DNA of 64,000 nucleotides from Schmidtea nova (Eukaryota): NCBI GenBank assembly GCA_044892505.1, contig CM097884.1, positions 60,202,001 to 60,266,000 of the forward strand, read 5' to 3'. Shown piece by piece: positions 45,607 to 59,745 of this stretch (position 1 is its first letter; each line of letters starts with the position of its first letter). The notes under the pieces were generated by a model. It saw only the letters and a program-made list of their open reading frames with translations, ran no database searches and was not told where the DNA came from. The position numbers and the translations under genes were made by a program.

Positions 45607-46559
45607 CTAAAATGAAAGTATTAAAAATATAAAGTTATAATTTTCAAAATTTTAACATTAATTCAAAAACTTTGGAAATCAATTGATAAACCGATTCAAT
45701 AAAAGAACGAGAAAATTTTCATAAATCTATACTATAGTGAAATATATCTATAGTGAGAAATAATACTGACTGAGAGCAATTCAATGACCATACTTACAAA
45801 CATTATGACTAGATATAAATTTGTGTAAAAAGAGACAGTAATATGATAATGCAATGTAGATGCAATATCGCATAGATTCAATATCAAATTTTAAGCATAT
45901 TTTAGTAATTGCATGAATTTTATAGTGGAAGGCCATATGATTTTAATAATTAAAATTTCTTACTGAAACCTAAAGCAAATGCATAAAACCAACCAGTTGT
46001 TCAGTTGTGAATTAATAAATAATTGATATCCTGATCCTAAACCATAAATAAACCCGGTTGGTATTCACGGATCAAGGTTTAGAGCTTACTGTCAGTATAA
46101 CTTTCTCCGATACTGAAAAACAGAAACTCCCTATTTTCCAACATTTTAGTAAATTAAAATTACCATCGTCTATATCATAGGTTTTAAAAATGTGGAACGC
46201 ATGAAATTTTTAAGTGGGACACTGGAAAGTTTGAAATTTTAAGTTTGACATAAGATAAAAATGTATATTGCTGAGTTTTGAAAATCTAACTGATTGCATA
46301 AGTTACTTATGTAATACTTACAATATTATTGGATACTTATTTAATTTCTATTTGTTTTTATTAGCTAAATATTTGTCGTATTTACTGTCTTTTTAAAAAA
46401 GCAGTAAATTCCAATCGAGTCGTATATTGCATAATTTTTTGTTTGAAAATGATCTATCAATTGATGGTGAACTAAAATTAAATATTCGAACGCATTGTAC
46501 GGCTTTGATTAACTTGTTGAATGACCATTTCGACGACAATGAAAAAAACCATCTTCAAT

Positions 46560-46903
46560 CAAAATAATACAAAAGTACTTATCTTAAATCGAGAAAGAAC
46601 AATTTTGCGAACTAATCCATGTTGGTAAACTTAAATTAGCCTTTGGCTCCGAAGGTATTTTTTTCCAATTTTTGCTTAGCCTACGAGAGAAATTCGAAAA
46701 GTTGTCCAACCGCGTAATAATGCTTTTGATGCCAAGTATTATCAGTTGGCTTAGTAACAGCGGACTTTCTACGATGTTGTATTTAAAAAATGAGAATAAA
46801 ACTCGACTAGACTTCGAGCCGAATATTCGCTTGGAACTCACATGTATGTAACCAAACGTTGATGAATGCTGCACGCCGGAACACTCAGAGCAATCACACT
46901 AGA
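46560..46903 (+). pseudogene. hAT (Buster/Charlie-like) transposase C-terminal fragment
   Basis: EKEQFCEL...LKLAF and GLSTMLYLKNENKTRLDFEPNIRLELT..P.V..CC....QSH*, typical of the hAT dimerisation end. Confidence 0.7.
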
Positions 46904-47499
46904 CTAAAAAGCACCACTTTTTTAAAATAACAAATGTTCATATTTTGCTTAAAAAATTATAATAAATAGCTTACAAATAGTAAGGCTCTTTAAAAATTTT
47001 TATTTTTTTGTGGGACGCAGATAAATATTTTGATAAATTTTGGTAAATGGCTTGATAAGGGTGAAAACCTTTGATCTATACAGTAACTATTTAAAATATA
47101 GTGCATTCCTATCTCAGACTAGAGTATTATTTCATTAAGTGGTCACAATAGTTTTCCTAGGTACAATATCTTATATATTTTTAAGCGAAATCGTTTAAGT
47201 TGTTATATTAATTCGGCATTTCATGCTGTAAAACCATTGCAAATAGTAGCAAAATGGTAAAAATGCCTCAGCATCGGATTTGCGGTCAGTACTTTAACTA
47301 TACAAAGACCGTTTTCCAAAGCTGATATCTTTATCAACAACTAACACCATTGTCCGAAACTACAGTTTATTGAGGCACCACTGTAGAAAAAATGAAAAAT
47401 ACACAAATATTATTAATTTGTTATACAATTATGAATGAAAGAAAAAAGAACAATATAATTGGCTTCAAACAGGCATTACCACAAAATTAAATATTAGTA

Positions 47500-48764
47500 A
47501 ATAAGTTGTCCGGAATCAGATGTCCGAATAATATATAATAATTTTATATCATCATAACATTTTTATATAAAACACATTACTTTATTTTAAAGTTCATTAA
47601 AAAGCGCTTATTTCAAATTCAAATATGAAGTAAGATTTATAATACTTAAATTACTGAAAATTTCATTTTCAAAATAGAAATTTACAAGTTAGAAAATCAT
47701 GATTTGAGACTTCTTTATTTATATGAGTGGAAATTGATAAAAATTCAGTTGAGGGGGAGAGGAACATTAATAATGCTTTTGGGAATGACACAGTTAATGG
47801 AAAAACTATTAGGCATTGGTTTAAAACATTTGATGACGGAGAAATTGGTCTAAAAAATATGCCTCGCAGTATACCCAATATTAAGCTGTCGGAGGAAGAT
47901 TTACGCGAAGCTGTTGTTCAAAATTCAACAAAATCTGTTCAAGAACTTGAAATAGATATGTCTGCCTGTCTCATGACAATTTAAAGGCAATTGGTATGGT
48001 CAAAAAGCTTCAAAAATGGGTCCCACGTGAATTGACTGAATTGCAAAAATTAAACAGATTACAAACTTGCTTATCTCTTCAAGCACGACATCGGAAGTCA
48101 TCTTTTCTTTATAAAATTATTAGCTGCGATGAAAAATGGATTCAATATGATAATCGTAAGCGGTCAGGAGAATGACTGGATAAACATCAATGTCCAAATC
48201 AGTTTCCAAAACCGGAACTTCGCCAAAAGAAAGTCATGCTCTCAGTCTGGTCGTCTAAGTATGGTGTAATACATTATCGTTTTCTAAAAACAGGTACATC
48301 AATCAATTCTGAACAATAATGTGTAGACCTAGAAAATATGTATGAAAAACTCACCATTTGACACCCTGCAATTGTTAATAGAAAAGGTCCAATTATCCTG
48401 CATGATAACGCGAGGCCTCACGTATCGAAAGCTACAATAAATAAATAACACGACTTAGGATTTGAAGTTTTACCGCATCCACATTACTCACCCGATCTAT
48501 CACCAACTGATTTCCACTTATTTAGACATTTAAGTCTTCATATCAAGGACAGGAAGTTCAAAGATTTGGAGGATATAAAATCGACTTTCTTGGACTTCAC
48601 ACATGAGACTTTTTTAAGAAGAAAGGAAAGTTCCCACAATGATGGCAAGAGTGTATTAATGTTGATGGATAATATTTTGATTAAATAATAAATGTTTAAA
48701 TTTATTTTTACGTCTTTTGAATAATAATTCATTTAGAGGACAGTTCATTCCAAACAACCTAATA
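47500..48764 (+). mobile_element. Mariner (Hsmar1/cecropia-like) decayed element
   Basis: KWVPREL, CDEKWI.YDN, LHDNARPH and HPHYSPDLSPTDFHLF; diverged TIRs near 47500 and 48740-48764. Confidence 0.9.
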
Positions 48765-49091
48765 GAACAAATGAATATAGAATTTATCATCATTTTTGGT
48801 TCAAATATCAGAATCAGAACGACAGAAATTCTGACAAAGTACGTTTGGATGAGCAAATATGTTAGTGTGAACTTTTTCTATATCTAATAAACAGTTTAAT
48901 CAGTCGAAATAAAATGCTGAAACTTTTTATTTTAATTGCTATTTTCATGGACTTCGGTAAGCTGATTTATTGTAGCACTACCATATATGATACGTTGGAA
49001 GCAGAGAAACTACACAGTATAGGAAAACATTTTCTCAAACCACATAAAATACTCAATTTTCTCCAAACGCATAACATTAAATAAAAATTAA

Positions 49092-49326
49092 CCCCTTACC
49101 GCATACTGTAGCACATCAGCTACATCCTATAAAATGCAACTAAAATTATGTTGGTACTAAAAACCAGCTTTCCAATACTGGTATACCCATTTGACGGACA
49201 TATTCTTGATAATTTTCAACCCGCTACACTACTTAAATTAAGATTTTTTTTGTCATATTCTGTATATCTATGAAAAATTAAGTTTAAAATTAAAGATTGT
49301 TTTGGTCAAAAAAAGTCATGCAGGGG
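49092..49326. mobile_element. Possible piggyBac-type MITE
   Basis: TTAA|CCCC...GGGG|TTAA; the TIR match is short. Confidence 0.35.
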
Positions 49327-50514
49327 TTAATATCAAAACGTCAATCTTCTATAATTTCAGAATATCACAAGGACCACTGAATCTTTTAATCTTATCCATG
49401 AAAAAATATTTTCAAACTCTGATGGTCGAATATTTGACGAAAAAATAAATAAAACGCAAATTTAATTTAATTTACACTAATATTTATCCGCCTTTTGATG
49501 AGCATAAGTATTGTATAAATTTCACCAAATTCCTTAAGTATTCAGTAATTTTTTAATTGATAAATTGCGCATGTTAATAGGAACAAAAGGAAGCTAATAT
49601 TGATTATGTAACGAAATATCTAAAAATGTTCCTTTTGTAAAAGATTTTTTCCTCCTCCAAATATACTAATTAAAAAAACGGCATTTAGAACTTTTTAAAT
49701 CATTATGAAAAAATGAAACTTTAATGAATGAAACAACGAAATAAGTTTTAAAAACTTTTCAAAATGGATAAAAAATAATCTCGTTTAATCTCAAAAAAAT
49801 TATTTAATTAAAAATTTAATAAAAATAACTCATAAAGTTGAATTTTATAACTACAAAATAATAAAATGAAAAAAATATTTATTAAAGAGAAATAAAATTT
49901 TGGGGAAATTGAATATAACCATGGAAACACATTTCTCTGTTCCGCTTTCCATAAATTTTCAAAGCAGTCGCATTGAACAACATGAAAATAATTTTAAATC
50001 TAAAAGGCGCTCTTCAGAAAACTATAAAAATTATTGATTTTTTTATAACTATATATAATTAATTTTTTATAACTGAATAACTTTCAAAATGAATAAATTG
50101 ACACAATAAAATCAATAAAAATAAACATCAGATATATTTTTTAAATTATGAGTCTTTTTTGTAGTCCATAAACATGACAAAATGACTGTGAAAGTGTTTC
50201 ATTACACAGTCTGGTATTAAATTTTGCATAATTTATTATACAAAATGGCTCTTATCCATAGAATAACTTCAAAGTTTACATTTTTAGTTAATATGTTTGT
50301 GTGCAGTGTAATGAAAATTTTCATAAATTAATGAACAATATATATGTTCTAGATTAAATATTTTGGCGCTCACCTATTTGTAAAATCATATTTGTCATTA
50401 AAATATTAACCACGTTATGCATCAAGGAGGTCCCTATGGATCGCAATTAAGTTTTCTTGGCGCTGAACATGTTAAAAAGGTATTTAAGTCACAGTTATAT
50501 TTTAATCAAATTAA

Positions 50515-50924
50515 CCTTCAAACTGTGCATTTAGGGTCGACTGGACCCCAGTCATTGTAATATGCGACTCAATAAGTTCTACATTAAATAAATATGCCAG
50601 GCAACTAGAATTGCCTCAACTATGGTATTACACACACATTACTAAAAAATACACCTAATTCTGTTTTTACACGATAGATACGTTCCTAAAAAATTTGTGT
50701 AAAAAAGATATTGGCTGAATGGAAAAATAGTACATTGGTTCCATACCTAAAAAAGCAACAAAAGTATAATAATTAATATAAAAAATCCTTGTAAGAGTTC
50801 ACAAAAGAATTTATTTTTCGTGCTTACACATTTGAATTTCTTACAAAATATATGAAAATATATATGGTGTAAGATTGACTCCTTTTCACAGACCATGGAA
50901 AATTTACTATGCACAGACTGAAGG
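50515..50924. mobile_element. piggyBac-type MITE
   Basis: TTAA|CCTTCAAACTGTGC ... GCACAGACTGAAGG|TTAA. Confidence 0.75.
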
Positions 50925-52166
50925 TTAAGGAAACAGATTTTGAAATTTAATAAGAAATGACAGTAGATCCAAAGATAAAACGGTGAAAGTTTTTCTTTCC
51001 AAATTTTGCAAAAATTGTTACTTTTTACACAATAATAAATCGGTATGTTATTTAACTCTGTTTAAAAATAAAATGAAAATAATTTAATGACTAATTGTCT
51101 TTTTATTTCTCTCACTTAAAGGTAGTACGAGCACAAACGTAATGAAAATATTTTAGTAAAGAATTATGTACAACTATTAAACACATAAATAAATAAAAAT
51201 AGTTGTTGAGTTAGTTAGAGGTAGAAATTATTTAAGTGACACATCTTGACGCGGGACCAGCTGTATATTTATGCACTTATACTCATTACTAAGAATTGTA
51301 TTGTTGGATATTTATAAATTAGTTGGTGCTGCTGTATGACTCCTTGGTTTTCATATAGGATTGAATCAAGAAATCCAACAGAGTAAGGTTTATTAAAATA
51401 TATGAAAACTTTACAACACTTGTTCGATACAATTTTTTATAAAAATTTTCTCTACACAATTTCAACTTATCTTCGCAACTTTCCCAATCTCCGTTTCTGG
51501 TACGCAACGAAAATAAAGTTGACGTTGATTGACACTGACAGTTTTGTATAACAATAACTCATTTTAGCTTACTTCTTACTTTGATCACTGGGGTATAATT
51601 TGCAATTTGTTTCTCCTTTTTATACTATTCGTCTTAACAGGAATTATCCTATCTGATTAGATTATTGGCAGGTGCCTCTCAAAGTTTGACAACTTATTTT
51701 ATATTTTCCAGGGTCTTGTCTACTATCTTATTTTTTCAATTTTTCCATTTATTATTTTCCAGTGACTGCTTTTCATTATTGTCAGNNNNNNNNNNNNNNN
51801 NNNNNNNNNNNNNNNNNNNNNNNNNNNNNNNNNNNNNNNNNNNNNNNNNNNNNNNNNNNNNNNNNNNNNNNNNNNNNNNNNNNNNNNNNNNNNNNNNNNN
51901 NNNNNNNNNNNNNNNNNNNNNNNNNNNNNNNNNNNNNNNNNNNNNNNNNNNNNNNNNNNNNNNNNNNNNNNNNNNNNNNNNNNNNNNNNNNNNNNNNNNN
52001 NNNNNNNNNNNNNNNNNNNNNNNNNNNNNNNNNNNNNNNNNTTAACACAATTATTGTTTTACAAATAAGCATAAAAATTTACAACCAATTTTCATGAAAA
52101 TTATATTTTCGATAAAAAACAATTAATCTATTGATACTGTTTGAGCATTAAAATATTAGTTAAGAA

Positions 52167-52606
52167 CAGTGGTCGGCAACCTTTTAGCTGAGTGTTCCAA
52201 GCCACTCTGCCAATTATTTCAGGGTGCCACTTTATTTCATTTTACAAATAAGTAATGGTATATCTCTGTCACATTAAATAATACAGTTAGATTTACCAAC
52301 TTTTTGAAAGCCCCACAGTAACACATGTGTGATCTACAGTTTTTTAATGATACGTGTCAACACAAGAGATGCTCGTGATATTATTTGAAGTTGTTTGGAA
52401 AATTGATGTTATTTAACGCAAAAAATTACCATTTTATTTTATGCTTTTTAAACCAATACAAATATATATTTTATTCTAATAATATTAGAGAATATATGTG
52501 AAACAGCCTTTAGCAGTATAAGAATCGCGATTACCCAGACCACTTTATAGTGGTGTATAGAGTGCCATTGACAACTCCGCCGCGTGCCATAGGTTTCCGA
52601 CCCCTG
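52167..52606. mobile_element. hAT (Buster-type) MITE
   Basis: TIRs CAG(T/G)GGTCGG(C/A)AACCT; 8-bp TSD GTTAAGAA/GTTTAGAA. Confidence 0.85.
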
Positions 52607-52629
52607 GTTTAGAAAATATTTATGGCATA

Positions 52630-54148
52630 CCGTGTTTTCCATAGTATAAGACCCAGGCTTATATATATATATATATATATATTTTTAAATAACAGAAATC
52701 TGAAATAGGTCTTATATTCGAAGTAGGTTTTATAATTAAACACTTGAAAATAACGAATAAATTAAAAAATAAACCAACTAAGTCATTTATTCAATGATAG
52801 TCATCTTTAAGGACATAATCAAAGGATAAATCATCGAGACTTATTCATCGGATTCTTCTTTCTTCAAGAGTTCTACGAACTAAAGGTCCTAATCACTCAT
52901 ACTTTGAAATAAATGTTTCTTTAAAAGAGAAATTTGAATCAGGATAGCTTGCTTAAAGCACATTCTTGACTTTATTGTCTGTTATTTTCTGTCATGCCTT
53001 TTTAATCCAAGTAAAGACTTCTTAAAAAACGACATTTTAACAAAGTTTCGTTTTTCGTTTCGCACCACTCGCTTCTCATTTTATTATTTAATTCCATGCC
53101 ATATGTAATCCTTAAAAGGTTTGTTAATGCCTATATTTAAAGATTGGGGGTACGAAGTCGTTCCTGGGGTGACCACAACCTGATTAACTCTTCTACGTGC
53201 GAAAAACTGTTTGTCTTTTGCACGATGGTGTATTAGCAGAATCCCATATAATTAATTCTTTTAATGTACCGCGCAGAACTAGAGGAAATAGTTTGTCGAT
53301 CCATTTTCAAAGAACATATTGTGTACAGCAAGCTCTTTCGTTTTCGAAGACAGACTCCAGAGACTCCTTTTCTCTTTCGTAATTATTATAGGTGGTATCT
53401 CCTTCCTATCTATGTTGATAGTCAATATAAAAGTGACTATCATTGTATCCTAGCAAGTCGAAGGAATGTAGATTGATGAAGCTCCTCGATGGTATAAAGT
53501 GGTATTGGAACGTACATCAATGTAAACCGAAGTCTCATTTATTGCAATTACATATGAAGGTAAATATTCAGCAATTTTCAAGTTATCTATATAATCTTTA
53601 TAAGCAATTGCTTTCTTCACGATTTAAATAAAGTCTTCTAATTTAAATAAAGTATTTGACTTTCCGAAAGACAACTTGTACCACTTCAAAAATGCATTCA
53701 ACCAATTTTGGGATGCTTTAAAACCTAAGTCTTCTACATTTGCCAATTGAAGCGCAACGACTTGAATATCCGCTCTGCCAATAACTAATGATAATGCACG
53801 AAGTTCAACGATCCATTCATAAATCACATCCTCGATTTCAGGGATAATGGAATGTCTATCTGAGCCACATTATTTTTTAACAGGATTTACAAATACACAC
53901 TCATTCAAAAACTTGCTGTATTCAGATCGCCATTTCCTAACCATTCACAGATCCAATTTTCTATCGTTATAGAATTCTGTTGAATTTTGCCCGTGTGAAG
54001 CTTGTACAACGGAATTTTTGAATTCAAGTGAATACCTTTTCTTACAACACATTTTCAACGATTATTTTGATATTGTTAAAATCAATTAATATTGGTTTAT
54101 TACCAAGGGTTTGTTTAATGATTAGGGCTTATATTATGGAGAACACGG
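52630..54148 (-). mobile_element. pogo/Tigger element with decayed transposase
   Basis: TA-flanked TIR CCGTGTT(T/C)TCCATA(G/A)TATAAG; KRYSLEFK, IYEWIVELR..FKASQNWLNAFLK (CENP-B HTH) and GINKPFKD. Confidence 0.88.
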
Positions 54149-54913
54149 TAGGTAAAAATATTTAGTTTTCTCACTTTTAATCTGTTTTTATTTAAAATTT
54201 TATTTATCTTTAATTTATAATGTTCATATTTAAAATTATTGGTACTGTCTTTATCAAATGTTTAAAAAATAGGCAGTTCCAAAAACCCATTTTTAAAAAT
54301 AAAACATTAATTTATAATTTTAAAAAATTATAGTAGTAGATGAAACTAAAAATTGTACAAATATTTATATGCTCAAATAATTCCAAAAGCAGCCATATTT
54401 TAAGTGCATCTTGAATTACGTGTTCTAGTAGCTCGTCTAAGGTAAGGACAGGATCAATCAAAAAGCAAACTAAGCTCGTGATTAAAGTATCAAAAAAGTG
54501 AAGCACCATAGAAATTTACCATTGTAAAATTTGGTACAAAACCAAAAATGGTTTTTCATCTTAAAATTCTACTTCACAAAAAAGGCTCACACAATACATT
54601 TAAATATTACAAAAGTCATTTTCTTAATTGAAGTACGTAATAACTTTAATCAATTTGTGTGATTTTTATATTTAAGTATATGTTTATTTTATGATGTGCG
54701 GTTTGTGGAATACCATAGGATAAGCAGGTCTGTAGTAGAGCATCTAAAAAATAATTTCCACAAATATTGCTAATAAATCATAAAAAAGGCAAATCTTGTC
54801 ACATAAGTGATATACAGATACGAACAATAATATTTTGATAAATGAATAGAAACTAGTTTATTCGATAGAAAAACTTAATTCAGATTAGAAAAAAAATTAA
54901 ATTATAAACAAAC

Positions 54914-55010
54914 CTCTCTTAAAATCTAGTAGAAACCAACGATACGTAACATAGAGACTAGTAACTTCTCCATCATGGCACATGTGATCATATAAATTTC
55001 CATCTATAAT
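54914..55010 (-). CDS. SGSM: SGSM-type TBC RabGAP exon
   Basis: IIDGNLYDHMCHDGEVTSLYVTYRWFLLDFKR, separated from the upstream exon by a 50-nt GT-AG intron. Confidence 0.9.
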
Positions 55011-55060
55011 CTGCAAGATTAATTTTTTTACAAATTGTAAAGATATAATAAATATTTAAC

Positions 55061-55311
55061 TTGTAACAATAAAGCCATCGTTTTCAGATTTTCATCCATA
55101 TTCGATCCCATCTGGGGGAAATTATGAATCATTCTTTTCATTAAATTTGTAAAGCAAGCATGAGTTAAAGCTTCATTGTCAAGAATTACAAGAAGTGGTG
55201 CCAATATGTCACACATGCCTTGAACATATCCTATTTCAATATTCTGCCAAACCCAGGTGATCATAATATTTCTCAACTTTTTCAAATTCGAACTGCCTTT
55301 CAATCTGTACT
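55061..55311 (-). CDS. SGSM: SGSM-type TBC RabGAP exon (TBC Q-finger); 5' boundary approximate
   Basis: LKKLRNIMITWVWQNIEIGYVQGMCDILAPLLVILDNEALTHACFTNLMKRM. Confidence 0.92.
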
Positions 55312-56640
55312 CTAAATGCAGGGAATTTTAAGTTAATTATTTTGGGTGAAATATTTAAGAACGAAGAATGTGTATAATCATTTAAGAATAATATTTAATC
55401 TACAGTAAAAAAGATTATAATAAAACTAGTTCAAAATTTATCGTGATTCTTAAAGATAACTACAAATTTTGAATTAGACTTGAAGATTTGTTAATTGAAA
55501 TTTAAAAATTATTATTAATTTGTTCTTAAACAAACTTGACAAAAATTGAATTAATGACAAACGCCACTCATACAACATTCGTACTATATATTACGGCAGA
55601 CTCCTGCTATCTCAGGTATCCAAAAAAATCTATGTTAAATTTAATTTATTGAAACAAATTATAAAATATTATAATTAGATAAAGATTTAAAATTTTTAAA
55701 TATTATTTCAGAATATATTTAATTTATTAAAAATCAATCCAAAAATTAATTTTAAAATGATTAATTATTAAAAAAATTGCAAAAATATTTAAAAATATTT
55801 AAAATTTTTTAAAATTTAATTTTAACAATACCAATTTCATCATTCAATTTAATTAATACGACAGCACAGTCATGCGAATTATTTAAAAACATTCTAAATG
55901 ATATGTTCACCGCATTCTGTACATTAATTTTTAGGATTTAAAGGTCTTATCAAGAACGCTTTCATAATGATTATTAAGATTTTTTGATAAAATTTTAAAA
56001 TCAGACATACGATTTTTCTGTAAGAGTCTTTATTATGATCACTAATGTTAGGCACTCCTTTGGGCGACCATGTTCAAGAACTAGAGTACAGAAATGACGG
56101 GCAGTCTGTCTGCATTACACCCATTACATGTAAACTGATAAACGAGATATAAACACAATCCAACCGGAGATTGCGACGTATTAGCAAACATACTACTCAC
56201 TTTGGACGAATTTGAGGCAATCCTAAAGTTTAAACCGCTTAAGTGCTTCTCTATTTTTCTTTTTATAATTTTTAAACCCTTCCGAATATGACAATATAAT
56301 TGCTAATTTAGGCTTTTCTTGTTTGATATATTCAAAACTGCTATTCATCTTATCAGCCAAATTATCAGTTATATTACATCCACGCTTACAAGGATCCTTA
56401 GGATTATTTAATATTAATTTATTTGCCTTTTAAAAAAGACTATAGATCAAATTTCTTTAAAAGGCACACGAATTTTCGGCAGACTTTGCAAATGTATATT
56501 CATTAGAAAAGAAAGCTGTGCAATAATTCGTGTACCTTCAATAAAAGAAAAATTTGGGAAAAAGAAACGAAATGATTAAAGATGAGAATAAAAAATTATA
56601 ATATTAATGTTTGAATTAATCTATTTATTTGGTTATTAGG

Positions 56641-56675
56641 TACTAGCTGCCCTACCCGGCTTCGCCCGGGAATAA
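56641..56675. mobile_element. Helitron/HINE-like terminal motif
   Basis: TACTAGCTGCCCTACCCGGCTTCGCCCGGG, a CTAG next to a short GC hairpin. Confidence 0.45.
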
Positions 56676-56816
56676 AACAAAACAAAGTGAGCACTTGGAA
56701 CCCACACGCGACTAAAGTGAAACTTCTTATGATTTTTAGGTAGATAACTTTATTGATATAACACATCAAAGATGCAAAGGTAAAATTATATTTGGCAATT
56801 TTGATATACTTGTAAT

Positions 56817-57941
56817 TAGGATTTGCAATACCGATGATTTTTTTACGATCCCGTAATCCCGGGATTACAAAATTAAAAATCTCGGGTTCCACAGGATTGT
56901 TTTATATGATCTTATTTACCGTCAAAAGTTTATAAAAGAATTGATAAAATATGATTAAAACATCAAAAATGGGTTTGTACGTTTTAAATTATATAAAAAT
57001 TAAAAAATAAAAAATTTATACTACGAGTTATTTTAAAAATTATAAAAAACGAAAAACAGAAATTATTCGGAATGATTAAGCCTCTTGATTCTAACAATTG
57101 TGTATTTTGCAAAAAAAACTAAATATGTACGAATTCAAAATAATTACAAAAAACATTTTAAACAAGAATTTTTGCATAATTTCGATGTAAATAACAGATA
57201 CTTGTACTTTAATTAGTCAAAATTTTCAGTGGTCTTCCTAATTATTCAAGAAATAGGATTTCAAAAAAACATAATGCATTAATGGAGTTGTCATCAAGCC
57301 TTGTTCTTAATTTAGAAATGAAATGACTAGCGGTAGAAATAGCTCGTTCGGATTCAACACTCGTTGGAACGATTGTTAGTCAATCATTATATAATCTTTT
57401 CAATTTCGGCAATCTATGACCACTTTGTTCAAATAACTGCATTTCAGCATCAATTTCTGTTTTAAGAATTGAGTTTTGATTTTTCTTATGTGAGCCAAGA
57501 CAATGTTTTTAGGCTTCAACCTAAAAGTTATACTTCGTTCTAATTCATTTTTGAGATTTTCTTGAGACATATCAAAATTTATATTATATTCATCTGAAAT
57601 TGCCATGTAATCAAAATCATCTTCTTTAACAAAAATATTTTGTGAAACATGAATTTTCGCCTATTAAATTAATATTTAGCTTAGAGATTTTGCGATAAAA
57701 ATCAATTAAAACTGATAAAAGTGTAATAATTATGTTATTTCTATAAAATAAAAAAATTATAGAAGGTATTATCAACAATGAATACAAAATATGGGGAAAT
57801 TATTTCATTAAATATTACCAAAAGTTCAAACAGTATTTTTTTCCAGTGATCCGGTATTACCGGAATTTTTGAATCATAATCCAGGATCCCCGGAATTATA
57901 AATTTTTGCCGGGATCCCGTTGTTTGGGATTGCAATCACTA
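56817..57941 (-). mobile_element. Internally deleted hAT element
   Basis: TIRs TAG(G/T)GA(T)TTGCAAT, ATCCCGGGAT subterminal repeats, imperfect 8-bp TSD, and the internal fragment LTIVPTSVESERAIS..SKLRTRLDD. Confidence 0.75.
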
Positions 57942-58543
57942 TTTGGAATTGTATGAAAGTTATTAGGTATGTTAAATGTGCTTCTAACGATTTCTAATCA
58001 CAGCTTGCAATGATTGTATTATTTAGCACTTATAAATCTTATAAGAATCTTTATATACATATGTATATTTAAAAAAATTAATTCTCTAACGTACTTACAA
58101 GTTTATTTTCATACGAAATCTGTTTTTATGTATTTTTAGTTTTGATTATTCAATTTGTATATGCCATTTAAATCGCTTGCGAAGTTACGTTTTTATGACA
58201 GTAATAAAATTTCAATAATATGTAAACTGCTGAAATACTTTTTTTTCAAAATGTGCAAATAAAACACCACTAATTTCACAGTGATAAACCGTTGAAAATA
58301 TTAATTGCTTGGTTTTTCAAAATGGGTAATTAAAACACCACTAATTTCGTAGTTAAAACTAAATTAATAATATAAAGTGTAGTAGTTGACAGAAAAAATT
58401 GACATTTATGAATTTATATATGACACAAAATTAATTGATCGAAAGACATACATAGATTGTTTTCGAATTGCTGTCAAAAAGCGTTGCAGAGTGAATCAGT
58501 GATACAGACAAACATATAAACATACATACTTTAGTTCTTTATA

Positions 58544-59745
58544 CAAGATGGTGTATAAGTCACTTTGCCATTTTAAAATGAAATATCTTTACTTTTTGTT
58601 ATTAATTATTTATTTTTCTTTTCAGGATTACAAATAAATCTTTGGAAATTTAACCATGAATAAATTTACAACCGAAAAGTAAAGATAATTGAATTTTATT
58701 TTGAAAATAAACACTTAATTATTTTCACACAGATATCCTTTATGTGCCATTTCAAAGTTATGTATTCCTTTACTAAGCCTACAATAATTAACTCAGTGAA
58801 GCGTTTTCGAGAATATGGTTCTGTTGCCGTTAGGTCTCGATCTGGACGAGGTCCCTCAGTACGTAAGCCTTAAGATATAGAAAATGTACGACACAGTATT
58901 GAGGACTATACAAACAAATCGACTAGAAGACGTTGTCAAGGACTTGGAATCTCACGGAAGTCGTTGCAGCGGATTCAAAAAGACTTGAACATGTATCCAT
59001 ACAAGGTTCAGCTAGTACAATCTAACAACCATTAGACTAGAAACAGTGACTAAATTACGCTGTCAGATTTCAGGATATTGCAAGAATTACCATCAACTTT
59101 ATTCACAACTTGATTATAAGAGCTGAGGCTCAATTTCGTTTGGACGGATATGCGAATAAACAGAATACGAGATTTTGGGGTACCGAAAATCCACGCAACG
59201 TTCATGTAAGTCAATTGCACCCACGGAAGGTTACATTATGGTGTGGAGTAACCTCAGAAAGGATTATTGGCAGGGTATTGGTGGCAGCAAGATGGTGGCA
59301 TCAAGATGGTGCAACTGCACATACGACTAGAGCAACTATGCAAATTTTAACTGCGATGTTTCAAGATCGAATAATTTTTCGAAATACCAATTTTTTATGG
59401 CCTCCGCGATCACCTGATTTGACAGCACCAACCTTTATCCTTTGGGGATATCTTAAAGAAAAGGTGTACGTAAATAAGCCTCGAACTATCTAATAACTTA
59501 AAGCAAACATACAGGAGGAAATTCATTCCGTACAGTTTCAGATGATAAGAACTGTCATGGAAAATACCTTACAAAGAGCTAGTGTCTATGAAGCTGAAAA
59601 TGGAGGCCATTTATGGGACATCATTTTTCATACATAATCAAAATAAAATTGTAATTTTTAAGTTTTGTAAACAAAAAAAAATTAATAAAGTACATTAATT
59701 TACAAAAAAGATATTTTATTTTAAAATGGTAAAGTTCTTAATATA
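58544..59745 (+). mobile_element. Tc1/mariner rosa-type (DD41D) decayed element
   Basis: FRLDGYANKQN.RFWG.ENP and QDGA...WPPRSPDLTAP(T)FILWGYLK, with 41-residue spacing; TIR core TTT(G/A)CCATTTTAAAAT. Confidence 0.85.
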
